From Candidatus Enterousia sp. (GTDB lineage Bacteria > Pseudomonadota > Alphaproteobacteria > Rs-D84): a DNA stretch of 64,000 bases. The DNA lies in contig JAZTWA010000001.1 of assembly GCA_045635585.1 (NCBI GenBank), positions 28 through 64,027 of the forward strand, given 5' to 3'. This document shows, in pieces, positions 1-9,977 of this stretch (the first letter of the stretch is position 1; every line of letters begins with the position of its first letter). The notes below the pieces were generated by a model. The model did no database searches. It was not told where the DNA came from and saw only the letters and a program-made list of their open reading frames with translations. The translations under genes and the position numbers were made by a program.

Positions 1-102
1 GAGCGGGAGCCACCCTCTGTTCCATCCCGAACCAGACAGGGAAACCCCGTATCGCCGATGGTACTTTGGCTTAAGCCACGGAAGAGTAGGTCGTCGCCAG
101 AA
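1..102 (+). rRNA. rrf: 5S rRNA, 3' portion (5' end lies outside the window)
   Basis: Sequence ...CCATCCCGAACC..GAAACCCCGTATCGCCGATGGTAC...GAAGAGTAGGTCGTCGCCAG matches the universal 5S core (helix IV/V and the closing helix I strand). A terminator follows. Confidence 0.85.
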
Positions 103-136
103 TAAATCCAGTTAATGATGTAAAAACCGAATTTAA

Positions 137-158
137 CCGCCCTTTTGGGCGGTTTTTT
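137..158 (+). terminator. Rho-independent terminator after 5S rRNA
   Basis: Hairpin CCGCCC-TTTT-GGGCGG followed by a T-run. Confidence 0.8.
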
Positions 159-202
159 GTTGCATTAATTTTAAAATACCCAAAAACAAAAAGAGGTGCG
201 TT

Positions 203-808
203 ATGTGGTCAGCATTAAGGGCCAAGGCAAGAGCGGTTAAAAGCAGCAGATGTAAAAATTTGATTGCGGTTTTAGAAGAGCCTGCAGACCCCAAGAATAT
301 AGGTGCTGTTATTCGTAATATTAATGCACTGGGGGTGGAAAAATTATATATTATTGACCCAAATAATATTATTCCAGCCACATGGGATCGCATACGTGAA
401 AATAAAACATTACAAAAAACGTCCGTAGGGGCTGTAAAGTGGACCTTTGTTAAGAAATTTAAATCAACCGAAGAATGTATCGCGCACCTTGAAAAGAATA
501 AATATGTATCTGTTGTTACATCACCGCATATCAAGGGACGTACAAATGTTGTATTACAACATGGTGATTTTACACAAAAGCGTCTGGCTGTTTGGTTCGG
601 TAATGAGGCACGTGGTATAAGTGATACAGCTGTTGAACATAGTATTGCGTGTGTCAGTATCGAAATGTGTGGTATCATAGAAAGTTTTAATTTGGCTGTA
701 TCAACGGGGATTGTTTTATATGAAATCACAAAACAGCGTCGCGTTTATCAGAATACACATACATGCGGTCGAAAAAAAGACCCCTCTGTTGTGCCGGTCA
801 AAAAGTAA
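203..808 (+). CDS. SpoU/TrmH-family RNA 2'-O-methyltransferase
   Basis: The three SpoU motifs are present: PKNIGAVIRNINALG, WFGNEARGIS, and IEMCGIIESFNLAVSTGIVLYE. Confidence 0.85.
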   Translation: MWSALRAKARAVKSSRCKNLIAVLEEPADPKNIGAVIRNINALGVEKLYIIDPNNIIPATWDRIRENKTLQKTSVGAVKWTFVKKFKSTEECIAHLEKNKYVSVVTSPHIKGRTNVVLQHGDFTQKRLAVWFGNEARGISDTAVEHSIACVSIEMCGIIESFNLAVSTGIVLYEITKQRRVYQNTHTCGRKKDPSVVPVKK

Positions 809-822
809 TGCTTTTAAAACGC

Positions 823-843
823 CGCCCTTTTGGGCGATTTTTT
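823..843 (+). terminator. Rho-independent terminator
   Basis: Hairpin CGCCC-TTTT-GGGCG followed by a T-run. It lies inside the 5' extension of track ORF 763..1152, which argues for the later ATG at 895. Confidence 0.7.
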
Positions 844-894
844 ATAAAGCGTCATGGGCTTGCGTTTATATTTTTATTTTATTATAATTTTACT

Positions 895-1152
895 ATGATA
901 ATACTAAAAGAATATAAAAATAAATTAGGAAATGTTTTATTAATTAAAACTTCAGAAATCAGTTATAGTTCTGTTCGTCGGATAAATATGCCAAATAAAT
1001 ATACTGTTCTTGTGGTTCAATATTTACCTGATAAGAAATATGGTAAATTTTATAGTTTTACAGATATAGATTCGGCCCAAAAGTTTTATAATATGATTAC
1101 ACGATTTTTTGTGCCGCAAAATTTGCATAAAATATCAAATAAAGTACGCTGA
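895..1152 (+). CDS. Hypothetical small protein (85 aa)
   Basis: ORF trimmed to the first ATG after the upstream terminator. Weak similarity in pattern to the next ORF (K-Y...N-V-L...SE; ...FYNMI vs ...MYECI). No known motif. Confidence 0.4.
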   Translation: MIILKEYKNKLGNVLLIKTSEISYSSVRRINMPNKYTVLVVQYLPDKKYGKFYSFTDIDSAQKFYNMITRFFVPQNLHKISNKVR

Positions 1153-1222
1153 ATAGGATGCTTTTTTATTGTATAATTATTTATACTGTGTTACATTTAT
1201 TTTTACGTTTGGAGAATTATTT

Positions 1223-1498
1223 ATGCAGAAAATTATAAAATCATATACAGATGAAAAAAACGAAGTTTTTTTATTCCAATACAGTGAATATTGGGGGGTA
1301 ACATTACGCATGTGCTTGGATAATCATTCTGCATCATATAAAGTATGCGACAAATTAAACCAGACGACCGCGATGAATATGTATGAATGTATTTTAAAGC
1401 GTCTGAGCACGAATGCACATACACAAAACGTCACAAAAAACAATGTTCCTGAAATAATGCCAAAGTTTTGTGAAATGATTAATGAAAATACAAAATAA
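1223..1498 (+). CDS. Hypothetical small protein (91 aa)
   Basis: ATG preceded by GGAGA. Possible distant paralog of 895..1152. Confidence 0.4.
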   Translation: MQKIIKSYTDEKNEVFLFQYSEYWGVTLRMCLDNHSASYKVCDKLNQTTAMNMYECILKRLSTNAHTQNVTKNNVPEIMPKFCEMINENTK

Positions 1499-1501
1499 TA
1501 T

Positions 1502-1978
1502 TTATTGAATAAAAAACTTTGTTGTCTTGCCAATCAGAAACGCCAATATAGATACAGTTGCACATATTACCAGCATTTCAATAGTATTTTTCCAGAACGG
1601 TCGATTGGTCATCCAGCTGATACAATAGTTACACATAAGTATAATTAGTGCCGCGATAATTATCGTTATAAAAAAAGCCTTTTCTGTATTTGATACAAAA
1701 ATATACGGCGCAATTAATAATATGCATGTTACAAGATATGCTATACCAGTGAAAAATCCAGCCAATATTGCATTGTTTTTGTTCGTTGTTTTTTCGGCCA
1801 GATAGCTTGATGCCGCCATAGATAGGCCAGCCGCCACAGATGCGATTATTGCAGATAATATAATGGATGTTCTGTTTGTAAATGTGAACGTCAGGCCTGC
1901 GATTAAACCAGTTAAAGAAACCAACGCATCATGTGTTCCCAATACAATTGCACCAGAATATGTATGTTTTTCTTTCAT
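1502..1978 (-). CDS. VIT1/CCC1-like membrane protein (short form)
   Basis: N-terminal GTHDALVSLTGLIAGL, followed by several hydrophobic helices typical of the VIT family. Confidence 0.55.
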   Translation of the reverse strand: MKEKHTYSGAIVLGTHDALVSLTGLIAGLTFTFTNRTSIILSAIIASVAAGLSMAASSYLAEKTTNKNNAILAGFFTGIAYLVTCILLIAPYIFVSNTEKAFFITIIIAALIILMCNYCISWMTNRPFWKNTIEMLVICATVSILAFLIGKTTKFFIQ

Positions 1979-2088
1979 AAAAAAACTTTATCACATAAAT
2001 CAGAATTACCACCACAGGAACAAAAACATAAAAGAAAAAAACTAAATGTTTGCAATGGGGCATTTTTTATCGTAAAATTCATGCTGTT

Positions 2089-4128
2089 ATGAAGTTTAAA
2101 AAAATTATTCGAATATTTCTTAATTTGTTTTTCTGGTCTTTTGTCGTTGGGATTGCGACATTGGCGGTTTTGATATTAATTCATGGCAACAATTTACCTG
2201 ATTATAAAAAGTTGGCAACATATGCGCCACCGGTTGCGACGCGTCTGTATGCGTCTGATGGTTCATTGTTGATAGAATATGCCGAAGAAAGACGTGTTTT
2301 TATTGATTACGAAGATTTGCCGCCTCAATTGGTGAACGCATTTATCGCGGCCGAAGACCAAAATTTTTGGACACACCCTGGGATTGATTTCCAAGGGGTA
2401 ATTCGCGCGGCTGCAAACAATGCGATGCGTATGATTGGATATAATACGACATTATCTGGTGCGTCAACTATTACACAACAGGTTGCCAAGAACTTCTTTT
2501 TAACATCTGAACGCACAATATCTCGGAAAATCAAAGAAGCGATATTGGCACTTCGACTAGAGCGCAGTTTTTCCAAGGAACATATTTTAACATTGTATTT
2601 GAATCAGATATTTTTAGGTGCGCGTGCATATGGTGTTGGGTCTGCGGCATTAATGTATTTTAATAAACCTGTGTCTGAATTATCTTTGGCCCAGTGTGCG
2701 TTTTTGGCATCTTTGCCCAAGGCACCAAACAATCGTTCGCGTGCGGTTGAACGTCGTAATTATGTTTTGCGCCGTATGGTTGAAGAAGGCTTTATTACCC
2801 AAGCCGAAGCGGATATTGCGGTCGCTGAAGAATTGAATATCAACAGTGGTTTTACCGCACAAATGGAAGAAGATTTTCAGTATTTTGCCGAAGATGTTCG
2901 TCGCCAGTTATTGGGTTCGTTGGGACGTGAAGTTTTATATAATCAGGGATTGTATATCAAAACAACAATTGTTCCTGAATTACAGCGTGCTGCGTCTGCC
3001 GCATTGAAGAAAGAATTAGATGCATATAATGCTGGGCGCAGTGATAAATTACAGGGCGCGATTATTGCAATGAATCCACATACGGGTCGAATTGTTGCAA
3101 TGGCAGGCGGTTATTCATTCAAGGACAGTTCATTTAATCGTGCAACCCAGGCATATCGTCAAATTGGCTCTACGATAAAGCCGTTTGTTTATTTGGCGGC
3201 ATTGGAACGCGGGTACAGTCCACAAACAATGATTCTGGATGCGCCAATTGTTGGTTGGCGTGAAGATGATACGCTTTGGAAGCCTGAAAATTATGATAAA
3301 AAATTCTTGGGTGATGTGCCGTTACGATTGTCATTGGAAACATCGCGAAATGTTCCAACTGTACGATTGGTTGAACAGATTGGAACCCAGAATGCGATTG
3401 AAGTGGCTCAGCGTTTTGGTGTATATCCATCACAAATGTCAAATATGAATTTGTCTATGGCATTGGGGTCGGGTGAAACAACATTGGAAAAATTGGTTTT
3501 GGGATATTCGGCCTTTATTAATGGTGGTCGTGCGATTCAACCAAAATTAGTTGATTATATAGAAGATAGATATGGACGTGTGATTGATGGTACTGCCACC
3601 CAGATTCTTGAATGGTCAGATGATTTGTTGCCACCAGAAACAGTCGTTGATTCCGAACCTTTGTCGGATCCGCAAAGTTTGTATCAAATGGTGTCTATAT
3701 TACAGGGTGCGGTTGAACGCGGTACGGGCAAGCAGGCGCGTGTTGCGGGACATACAATTGCGGGGAAAACTGGAACAACCAATGATGTCAAAGATGTATG
3801 GTTTGTTGGTTTTTCTAAAAACTTGATTGCGGGTGTTTATCTGGGATTTGATACACCAAAGTCCTTGGGACGTGGTGCAGGGTCGCATATGGCAGCACGT
3901 GTGTTTGCAGATTTTATGACAACGGCATTGGCAAATGAAAAAAATCAGCCCTTTTCTGTGCCCGATGGAATGACATTTATGCGCGTTAATCGTCGCAGTG
4001 GCGCATCTGCATCTGCAGACCCAAATGGTACGATTATCCAAGAAGTGTTTAAATCGGGTCAAACACCTAATCCTGCGCCGAAAAAAACAGTGCCCGAAAC
4101 AACGGCGGTTGTTGGCGGTGTATTTTAA
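2089..4128 (+). CDS. mrcA: Penicillin-binding protein 1A (bifunctional transglycosylase/transpeptidase)
   Basis: GT51 motifs: AAEDQNFWTHPGID, GASTITQQVAKN, RKIKEA. Transpeptidase motifs: STIKP and KTGTTND. N-terminal TM anchor. Start moved to MKFKK. Confidence 0.9.
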   Translation: MKFKKIIRIFLNLFFWSFVVGIATLAVLILIHGNNLPDYKKLATYAPPVATRLYASDGSLLIEYAEERRVFIDYEDLPPQLVNAFIAAEDQNFWTHPGIDFQGVIRAAANNAMRMIGYNTTLSGASTITQQVAKNFFLTSERTISRKIKEAILALRLERSFSKEHILTLYLNQIFLGARAYGVGSAALMYFNKPVSELSLAQCAFLASLPKAPNNRSRAVERRNYVLRRMVEEGFITQAEADIAVAEELNINSGFTAQMEEDFQYFAEDVRRQLLGSLGREVLYNQGLYIKTTIVPELQRAASAALKKELDAYNAGRSDKLQGAIIAMNPHTGRIVAMAGGYSFKDSSFNRATQAYRQIGSTIKPFVYLAALERGYSPQTMILDAPIVGWREDDTLWKPENYDKKFLGDVPLRLSLETSRNVPTVRLVEQIGTQNAIEVAQRFGVYPSQMSNMNLSMALGSGETTLEKLVLGYSAFINGGRAIQPKLVDYIEDRYGRVIDGTATQILEWSDDLLPPETVVDSEPLSDPQSLYQMVSILQGAVERGTGKQARVAGHTIAGKTGTTNDVKDVWFVGFSKNLIAGVYLGFDTPKSLGRGAGSHMAARVFADFMTTALANEKNQPFSVPDGMTFMRVNRRSGASASADPNGTIIQEVFKSGQTPNPAPKKTVPETTAVVGGVF

Positions 4129-4195
4129 TTCTTATAATAACATTTGTTTATAAAAAGTTTTGTGATAAAATGTCAGCATAAAGAAAGGATTTTTT

Positions 4196-5284
4196 ATGCT
4201 GACCGAATATTTTTTTGAACATGGATTAACATTTTTTGCCAGTGGTTGGACCCAGTTTGCGGGTGCGTTTTTTGTGGCATTTGCTATTATGCTTTTGTTT
4301 GGACGTCCCTTTATTGCCGCGATGCGTGCATTACAGAAAAAAGGGCAGCCAATCAGTGAAAATGTACCACAATCCCACGTGGTCAAGGCTGGTACGCCAA
4401 CAATGGGTGGTGTTCTGATAATATTTGCCATATTGTGTGGCAGTTTGCTGTTTATGCCATTAAATAATTTATCAGGTTGGTTGGCATTAATGTCGTTGGT
4501 TATGTTTGGCACATTGGGATTTGTTGATGATTATAAAAAAGTTGTGTCTCAATCGAAAAAAGCATCAAATGGTTTATCACCATTGACTCGTCTTGTTGTC
4601 GAAGGTATCTTTGTTGTAATATTGGCATATTTAATTAATCAAACAATGCCGCCGTATATTCCTGAATATTCTTTGGCAATTGGTGCGGGAATTATTTTGC
4701 CTTTGGGCTTTTGGTATTATGTGTTTGCGTATTTTGTCATTTGTGGCAGTGCGAACGCAACAAATATCACAGATGGTTTGGATGGAATGTTGTCTAAATT
4801 GTATTTGCCTGTGTTGGTTGTTTTGGTTGTTGCGCTTTATGGTGCAACCCGTATTGGCTTTATGGATACTGTGATGTTCTTGCCAACGGCCAGTGGTCTG
4901 TATGCGGTACTTGGTGCGGTGTTTGGCGCGGTATTAGGATTTTTGTGGTATAATTCAAAGCCGGCATCAATATTTATGGGTGACGTTGGTTCTTTGGCTT
5001 TGGGTGGTTTTATGGGAACCGTTGCAATGTTATTAAAGTCCGAAATTATTATGGGTATTGCGGCCGGTATGATGGTGTTGATTTTATTATCGTCATTTGC
5101 TCAGACAATGTACTTCAAAATTACGCGTCATCTCACAGGAACTGGTCGTCGCATATTTTTGCGCGCTCCATTACATCATCATTTTGAAGAATTGGGTTGG
5201 ACCGAAACAAAAATTGTTGAAAGATTCTTTATCTTGTCGATATTGTTTTCGGGATTGGCATTGGTTTTATTAAAATTTGCATAA
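4196..5284 (+). CDS. mraY: Phospho-N-acetylmuramoyl-pentapeptide transferase
   Basis: KxGTPTMGG, NATNITDGLDGM, FMGDVGSLALGG and APLHHHFE motifs. Polytopic membrane protein. Confidence 0.95.
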   Translation: MLTEYFFEHGLTFFASGWTQFAGAFFVAFAIMLLFGRPFIAAMRALQKKGQPISENVPQSHVVKAGTPTMGGVLIIFAILCGSLLFMPLNNLSGWLALMSLVMFGTLGFVDDYKKVVSQSKKASNGLSPLTRLVVEGIFVVILAYLINQTMPPYIPEYSLAIGAGIILPLGFWYYVFAYFVICGSANATNITDGLDGMLSKLYLPVLVVLVVALYGATRIGFMDTVMFLPTASGLYAVLGAVFGAVLGFLWYNSKPASIFMGDVGSLALGGFMGTVAMLLKSEIIMGIAAGMMVLILLSSFAQTMYFKITRHLTGTGRRIFLRAPLHHHFEELGWTETKIVERFFILSILFSGLALVLLKFA

Positions 5285-6437
5285 AGAAAAAAATATGTTC
5301 AAGCGCAGTGAAGAAAGTAAATTAACCAGTTGGTATTTTGAAATTGACAGACGTCTATTAGGATGTGTTCTGTTGATGATTTTGTTGTCTGTGGTGTTTG
5401 CGTTGTCTGCGGGTTCTGTTGCGGCTGAACGTATTGGTATGCCATGGCACTTCTTTTTGGTCAAAGCAATACCTTTTTATTTAATGGGACTGCTGATTTT
5501 GTTTGGAACCAGTTTTCTTAATAAAAAACAAGTATTATTATTGGCTGGGTTAAACTTGGCATTTGGATTGGCGTTATTGCCGATAACGGTTGTTGCGCCA
5601 CATATGATAAATAATTCTGCGCGCTTTGTGTCGTTTGGTTTTGCGAATGTCATGCCGTCGGATATTATGAAGCCTGGCTTTATAATATTAACGGCATATT
5701 TTTTATCCAAGATGAAAGAACGTTATGGTTCGAATATATTCTTTAATAAAGAATCATGGCGTTTTGATACGTGGTTAAGTTGGGCTTATTATATGCCATT
5801 GTTTTTGTTGGTTGTTTTTATAATATTTAATCACCCTGACTTGGGCAGTGCGATGTTGTATTTGTTGGTGTTTTCTGCCATGATTTTTATTGCGGGTTTA
5901 CCATTGATTTGTGTTCCTGTATTGGTGGGGGCGGGTCTTTTGATGTTGGTTGTTGCGTTTTTTACATTGGGACACGTTCATCGTCGTATAATTGCATTTT
6001 TTACAGGTTCAGGCGATACGTACCAAGTTGATAATTCTGTCGATTCAATTCGTCATGGTGGTTTGTTGGGTGCGGGTGATGACGCGTTTGTGAAACAATA
6101 TTTGCCCGACGTTCATACAGATTTTATCTTTGCGGCCATTGCCGAAGATTTGGGCGCAATATTGGCATGTGGATTATTGGTATTGCTGTTTTATGTATTT
6201 CGTCGTTTGATAACAAATGCGACCAACGCGCGCGATTTGTTTGTTTTGTATGCAACGGGTGGTACGGCCGCATTATTTGGAACACAGATATGTTTTAATA
6301 TGATGACAACATTAAATTTATTCGCCCCAAAGGGTATGACATTACCATTTATATCATATGGTGGCAGTTCTTTGTTGGCATATTGTTTGCTGTTTGGAAT
6401 GGTGTTGGCATTAATACGTGAAGACAAATGGAAATAA
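5277..6437 (+). CDS. ftsW: SEDS-family peptidoglycan polymerase FtsW (alternative start at 5295)
   Basis: Ten-TM-like profile; TDFIFAAIAEDLG and LPFISYGGSS motifs; position between mraY and murG. Confidence 0.85.
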   Translation: MHKEKNMFKRSEESKLTSWYFEIDRRLLGCVLLMILLSVVFALSAGSVAAERIGMPWHFFLVKAIPFYLMGLLILFGTSFLNKKQVLLLAGLNLAFGLALLPITVVAPHMINNSARFVSFGFANVMPSDIMKPGFIILTAYFLSKMKERYGSNIFFNKESWRFDTWLSWAYYMPLFLLVVFIIFNHPDLGSAMLYLLVFSAMIFIAGLPLICVPVLVGAGLLMLVVAFFTLGHVHRRIIAFFTGSGDTYQVDNSVDSIRHGGLLGAGDDAFVKQYLPDVHTDFIFAAIAEDLGAILACGLLVLLFYVFRRLITNATNARDLFVLYATGGTAALFGTQICFNMMTTLNLFAPKGMTLPFISYGGSSLLAYCLLFGMVLALIREDKWK

Positions 6438-6457
6438 AACAAAAAAGGAAATGTGTT

Positions 6458-7501
6458 ATGAAAATATGGATTGCAACAGGTGGTACAGGTGGACATGTCT
6501 ATCCTGCATTAAGTGTTGTTCAAGAATTGGTTGCGCGTGGTCATCGTGTAACAGTATCTTGTGATGGTCGTGTGCGTGAAATGGTTTTACGTGGTTGTCC
6601 ATCGGGTGTAAAAATTGTTCATGTTTGGGCATCTGGTGTTGGGGCCAAAAGTCGTATAAAGCAAATGTGTGCATTGTTCAAAATTGGTATGTCGTCATTG
6701 GCATTATCTTTGCGCTTTATGTTATTTCGTCCCGAACGAGTTGTTGCATTTGGTGGCTATGCATCTGTTCCGGCGGTTTTTGCGGCACATCTGTGGCATG
6801 TGCCAACATTTTTGCATGAACAAAATGCGGCAATTGGTCGTGCGAACCGATTTGCAATGCGCTGGGTTAAAACCTTGATGACCAGTTTTCCAACAGTTTC
6901 TGGTGTTCCAAATTCTTTGACACGTGTTGTTTATACGGGGTTGCCTGTTCGCCATGAATTTGTAGAAGTCGCTGGCACGCCTTTGCCAAATGCAAATCGT
7001 TTGCTGGTAACAGGTGGTTCTTTGGGGGCGCAAATCCTAGATGATGTTGTACCCGCGGCGATTGCATCTATGAAAAATAAAAAAATATTTGTTACGCATC
7101 AAACGCGCCCAGAAAATGTAACGCGTTTGCAACATTTTTATGCGGAAAATAAAATCCACGCAAATGTATTGTCGTTTGTACACGATATGGCGGGTGCGAT
7201 TGCTGGTGCCGATTTGGTAATTGGGCGCAGCGGTGCCAGTACGGTTGTTGAATTGCAAACGGTTGGTCGTCCTGCGATATTTGTGCCTTTGGCGATAAAT
7301 CCCGACCAGGCGGCAAATGCGGCATGTTTTGCAAAAACAGGTGGTGGTTTTTCGGTTGAACAATCACAGTTTACCCCGCGTTGGTTGTCTGCGACATTAA
7401 CAGAATTGTTTGATAATCCGTCGCGCTTATCTAAAATGGCGACCAAGGCATTGCAAAAAAATGATGCTGTCAGATTAATTGCAGATGAAATAACTAAATA
7501 A
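6458..7501 (+). CDS. murG: UDP-GlcNAc:lipid I GlcNAc transferase
   Basis: N-terminal ATGGTGGHVYPA; GGSLGA; RSGASTVVEL. Start chosen at MKIWIATGG, preceded by AAGGA. Confidence 0.95.
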   Translation: MKIWIATGGTGGHVYPALSVVQELVARGHRVTVSCDGRVREMVLRGCPSGVKIVHVWASGVGAKSRIKQMCALFKIGMSSLALSLRFMLFRPERVVAFGGYASVPAVFAAHLWHVPTFLHEQNAAIGRANRFAMRWVKTLMTSFPTVSGVPNSLTRVVYTGLPVRHEFVEVAGTPLPNANRLLVTGGSLGAQILDDVVPAAIASMKNKKIFVTHQTRPENVTRLQHFYAENKIHANVLSFVHDMAGAIAGADLVIGRSGASTVVELQTVGRPAIFVPLAINPDQAANAACFAKTGGGFSVEQSQFTPRWLSATLTELFDNPSRLSKMATKALQKNDAVRLIADEITK

Positions 7502-7504
7502 AAA

Positions 7505-7526
7505 ATCTGGGAAACCAGATTTTTTA
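7505..7526 (+). terminator. Rho-independent terminator after murG
   Basis: Hairpin ATCTGG-GAAA-CCAGAT followed by a T-run. Confidence 0.65.
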
Positions 7527-7586
7527 TTTTTGTGCTTGCGTGCGATTCGTGATTTGTTCTATGATAACAATGGAAGGAAAGGAAAC

Positions 7587-8891
7587 ATGCATCGTATTGC
7601 GATATCATTGTTATCAATTTTTGTTGTATTTCCGGCGGTTGCGGGTGTTGCGTTGCCGGTTGTAAATATTGCGTCTGGGGGTGTGTCTGCACGTGATGCA
7701 TTTGGCGAAGGTGTAAAAAACACGTCTGTCAAAACATCACGGCATGATGTGTCGAATGATGCAAAAACCCGTACGCGTCGTGTGGTTGCACGTTCGGCAA
7801 CCCCTGTTAAATCTGTTCCGGTTGCGCCAACAAAACAAGATGTTGTGTCGGGCGAATCGATTGTTGCGCGTGCCGATGTTTTGTCGCCACGTCGTCCGCG
7901 TGCGGATTTGTGGGCGAAAAGTGACAATGCGTTACGCATGCCAATGCCGGATGAATTTTCTGTAATACGTAATGATAGTTTGTTGCCCGAAGAAAGTATC
8001 GATGCTGTATCTGTTGCATCGGTAAAACCACTTGTAAAACCTGTGGTAAATGATGATATTGATACAACCCCTGTAAAACCATCTGAATTAGATACGCAAA
8101 TTGCACGCTTGGTTGAAATGCAAAAACGTGCAGATGCCAGTGTGCGTACCGTTACACCACGTATTGCAACTGTGCAAAATGATGACTTGGAAAATTCACG
8201 TGTATCTGTTTCTGATAAGGTGCCAGAAACTGTTGCTGATGTATCTTTGCGTCGTTTAGTTGTCCCGATGGATGATGATGTTGTTGTGCGCAGTGTTGAA
8301 AAAAATAAATCCCCACGTATTGTTGCGGTTCGTGATGATATGACAAAAATGTCGCCGTCCCAATTACGTCAGGCGTTCAGAAAAACATTCTTGTCTGAAA
8401 ATAAACATTTATCTACATATTCGATTGATGATTCCTATGATGTGGCCAGTGATATGTCCACATCGATTCAGGGCTTTACTGCAAAGAGTGATTTGTCCGA
8501 AGGTACGGGAATTCGTCCATTGGAAATAAAAATTAAATTCAGAAACGATGATTCTGCACTGTCGCGTGAAAACTATAATTTGCTAACTGAATATGCGGGT
8601 ATTGTTGTTAATAAACCAACGCGTGCGATTCAGGTTGCGATTCCGCAGTATATGACCCAAACATCTGATGGGCGTAAATTGGCGGCACGTCGTTTGGCAA
8701 TTGTGGAACAGGTTTTGACAGACAATGGTGTGTCGCAACAAAGGATTGTTCCTGTATTGTCCCAGCGTGAAGAATCTGGTTTTGTCCTGCGCATAATTTC
8801 TGGTGATCAATACGAAACATTGACGCAGCAACATCGTAACATTTTTGGTGATACTGTTGGCAAGAAAACATACAAAAGTATGACGTGGTAA
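7587..8891 (+). CDS. Secreted hypothetical protein, possibly with a degenerate OmpA/MotB-like C-terminal region
   Basis: Signal peptide MHRIAISLLSIFVVFPAVAG. Long low-complexity V/S/P/D-rich middle. C-terminus RKLAARRLAIVEQVLTDNGVSQQRIVP resembles the OmpA-like peptidoglycan-binding core only loosely. Confidence 0.5.
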   Translation: MHRIAISLLSIFVVFPAVAGVALPVVNIASGGVSARDAFGEGVKNTSVKTSRHDVSNDAKTRTRRVVARSATPVKSVPVAPTKQDVVSGESIVARADVLSPRRPRADLWAKSDNALRMPMPDEFSVIRNDSLLPEESIDAVSVASVKPLVKPVVNDDIDTTPVKPSELDTQIARLVEMQKRADASVRTVTPRIATVQNDDLENSRVSVSDKVPETVADVSLRRLVVPMDDDVVVRSVEKNKSPRIVAVRDDMTKMSPSQLRQAFRKTFLSENKHLSTYSIDDSYDVASDMSTSIQGFTAKSDLSEGTGIRPLEIKIKFRNDDSALSRENYNLLTEYAGIVVNKPTRAIQVAIPQYMTQTSDGRKLAARRLAIVEQVLTDNGVSQQRIVPVLSQREESGFVLRIISGDQYETLTQQHRNIFGDTVGKKTYKSMTW

Positions 8892-9607
8892 AATTTTTCA
8901 AATTATTGATTGGGTTTCTGTTTCCACCGGTGTGTCCTTTATGTGATACGCCGGTTTCAACACATGGTGAACTATGTGGTGATTGTTGGGTTTCTTTTAA
9001 CTGGATTGATGGTTCTTTTTGTAAACGATGTGGTTATCCATTTGTATCTGATATTGAATTAGATGAAAATGTTTTATGTCCGGTTTGTGCATCTGATAAA
9101 TGTGAATTGGACTGGATACGTTGTGCATGTGTTTATGATGATATGTCGCGTTCTGCGATGTTGCCATTCAAGCATGGTGGACGTGTTGGATATGCGCGTT
9201 TTATGTCACGTGCAATGATTTGGGCATTGCGGGATATTGATGTTGATGTAGATATTGTAATGCCTGTGCCGCTGGCAAATCGTCGTCTGTTCAAACGTGG
9301 TTATAATCAGGCAACGCTTTTGGCGCGTCCGATTGCGCATGTTCTGGGTGTGTCACTGGATGTTGATTCTGTTCGCAGAAAATATCGTGAAGATATGGGA
9401 CATAAGAACGCGCGTGAACGTGCAAGGAATATCCATGGTGTGTTTTCTGTAATCCGTCCTGATAAAATTCGTGGCAAAAAGATTTTGTTGGTTGATGATG
9501 TTATGACAACTGGTGTGACATTTTCAGAATTGCGTAATGCGTTGGTTGATGCAGGTGCCACCGCGGTATATGGCGTAACTTTCTGTCGTGTTGCGCGTGG
9601 AATTTAA
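8885..9607 (+). CDS. comF: ComF-family phosphoribosyltransferase-domain protein
   Basis: N-terminal Cys-cluster (CPLCD...CGDCW...CKRCG...CPVC) and PRTase motif ILLVDDVMTTGVT. Confidence 0.8.
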   Translation: MVKFFKLLIGFLFPPVCPLCDTPVSTHGELCGDCWVSFNWIDGSFCKRCGYPFVSDIELDENVLCPVCASDKCELDWIRCACVYDDMSRSAMLPFKHGGRVGYARFMSRAMIWALRDIDVDVDIVMPVPLANRRLFKRGYNQATLLARPIAHVLGVSLDVDSVRRKYREDMGHKNARERARNIHGVFSVIRPDKIRGKKILLVDDVMTTGVTFSELRNALVDAGATAVYGVTFCRVARGI

Positions 9608-9972
9608 TTTAATCTGATATTTTCTTGTGTTTTTTTCTTCAGTATATCATAAAAGTTATTATTCATTTCTTGGAATATAATTTTGTTTGAACATAATTTG
9701 AACAAATCTAAAATATCTTGTTCGTTTGCAGAATATATTTTTTTATTCGAAGGAATTAATACTTCTGTTAATGTGGTGTCTTCGATAGCAATGATGTAAT
9801 GTATAAAACGGATGTTGCCCATTATAACTGTTGTATAAAACATCAGTACCAGCATTCGATCGTCGTCCAAAATAACAGAGTATTCTTTGCTGTCATTAAT
9901 AGGATCGTACATCACAGAAACAGGATGTTTTTGTATTTGATCTTTGCAAAAATTATATACTTTTTTATCCAT
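9604..9972 (-). CDS. Hypothetical protein (122 aa)
   Basis: Long ORF in a very AT-rich stretch. No recognisable motif. Confidence 0.35.
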   Translation of the reverse strand: MDKKVYNFCKDQIQKHPVSVMYDPINDSKEYSVILDDDRMLVLMFYTTVIMGNIRFIHYIIAIEDTTLTEVLIPSNKKIYSANEQDILDLFKLCSNKIIFQEMNNNFYDILKKKTQENIRLN

Positions 9973-9977
9973 GATAA

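Noticed and set aside
133-729. 198-aa minus-strand ORF overlapping the TrmH-family gene
   Set aside because: It is fully antisense to a gene with clear SpoU motifs and has no motif of its own. It is a shadow ORF.
763-894. 5' extension of ORF 763..1152
   Set aside because: The extension overlaps the TrmH gene end and runs through a rho-independent terminator (823..843). The start was trimmed to the ATG at 895.
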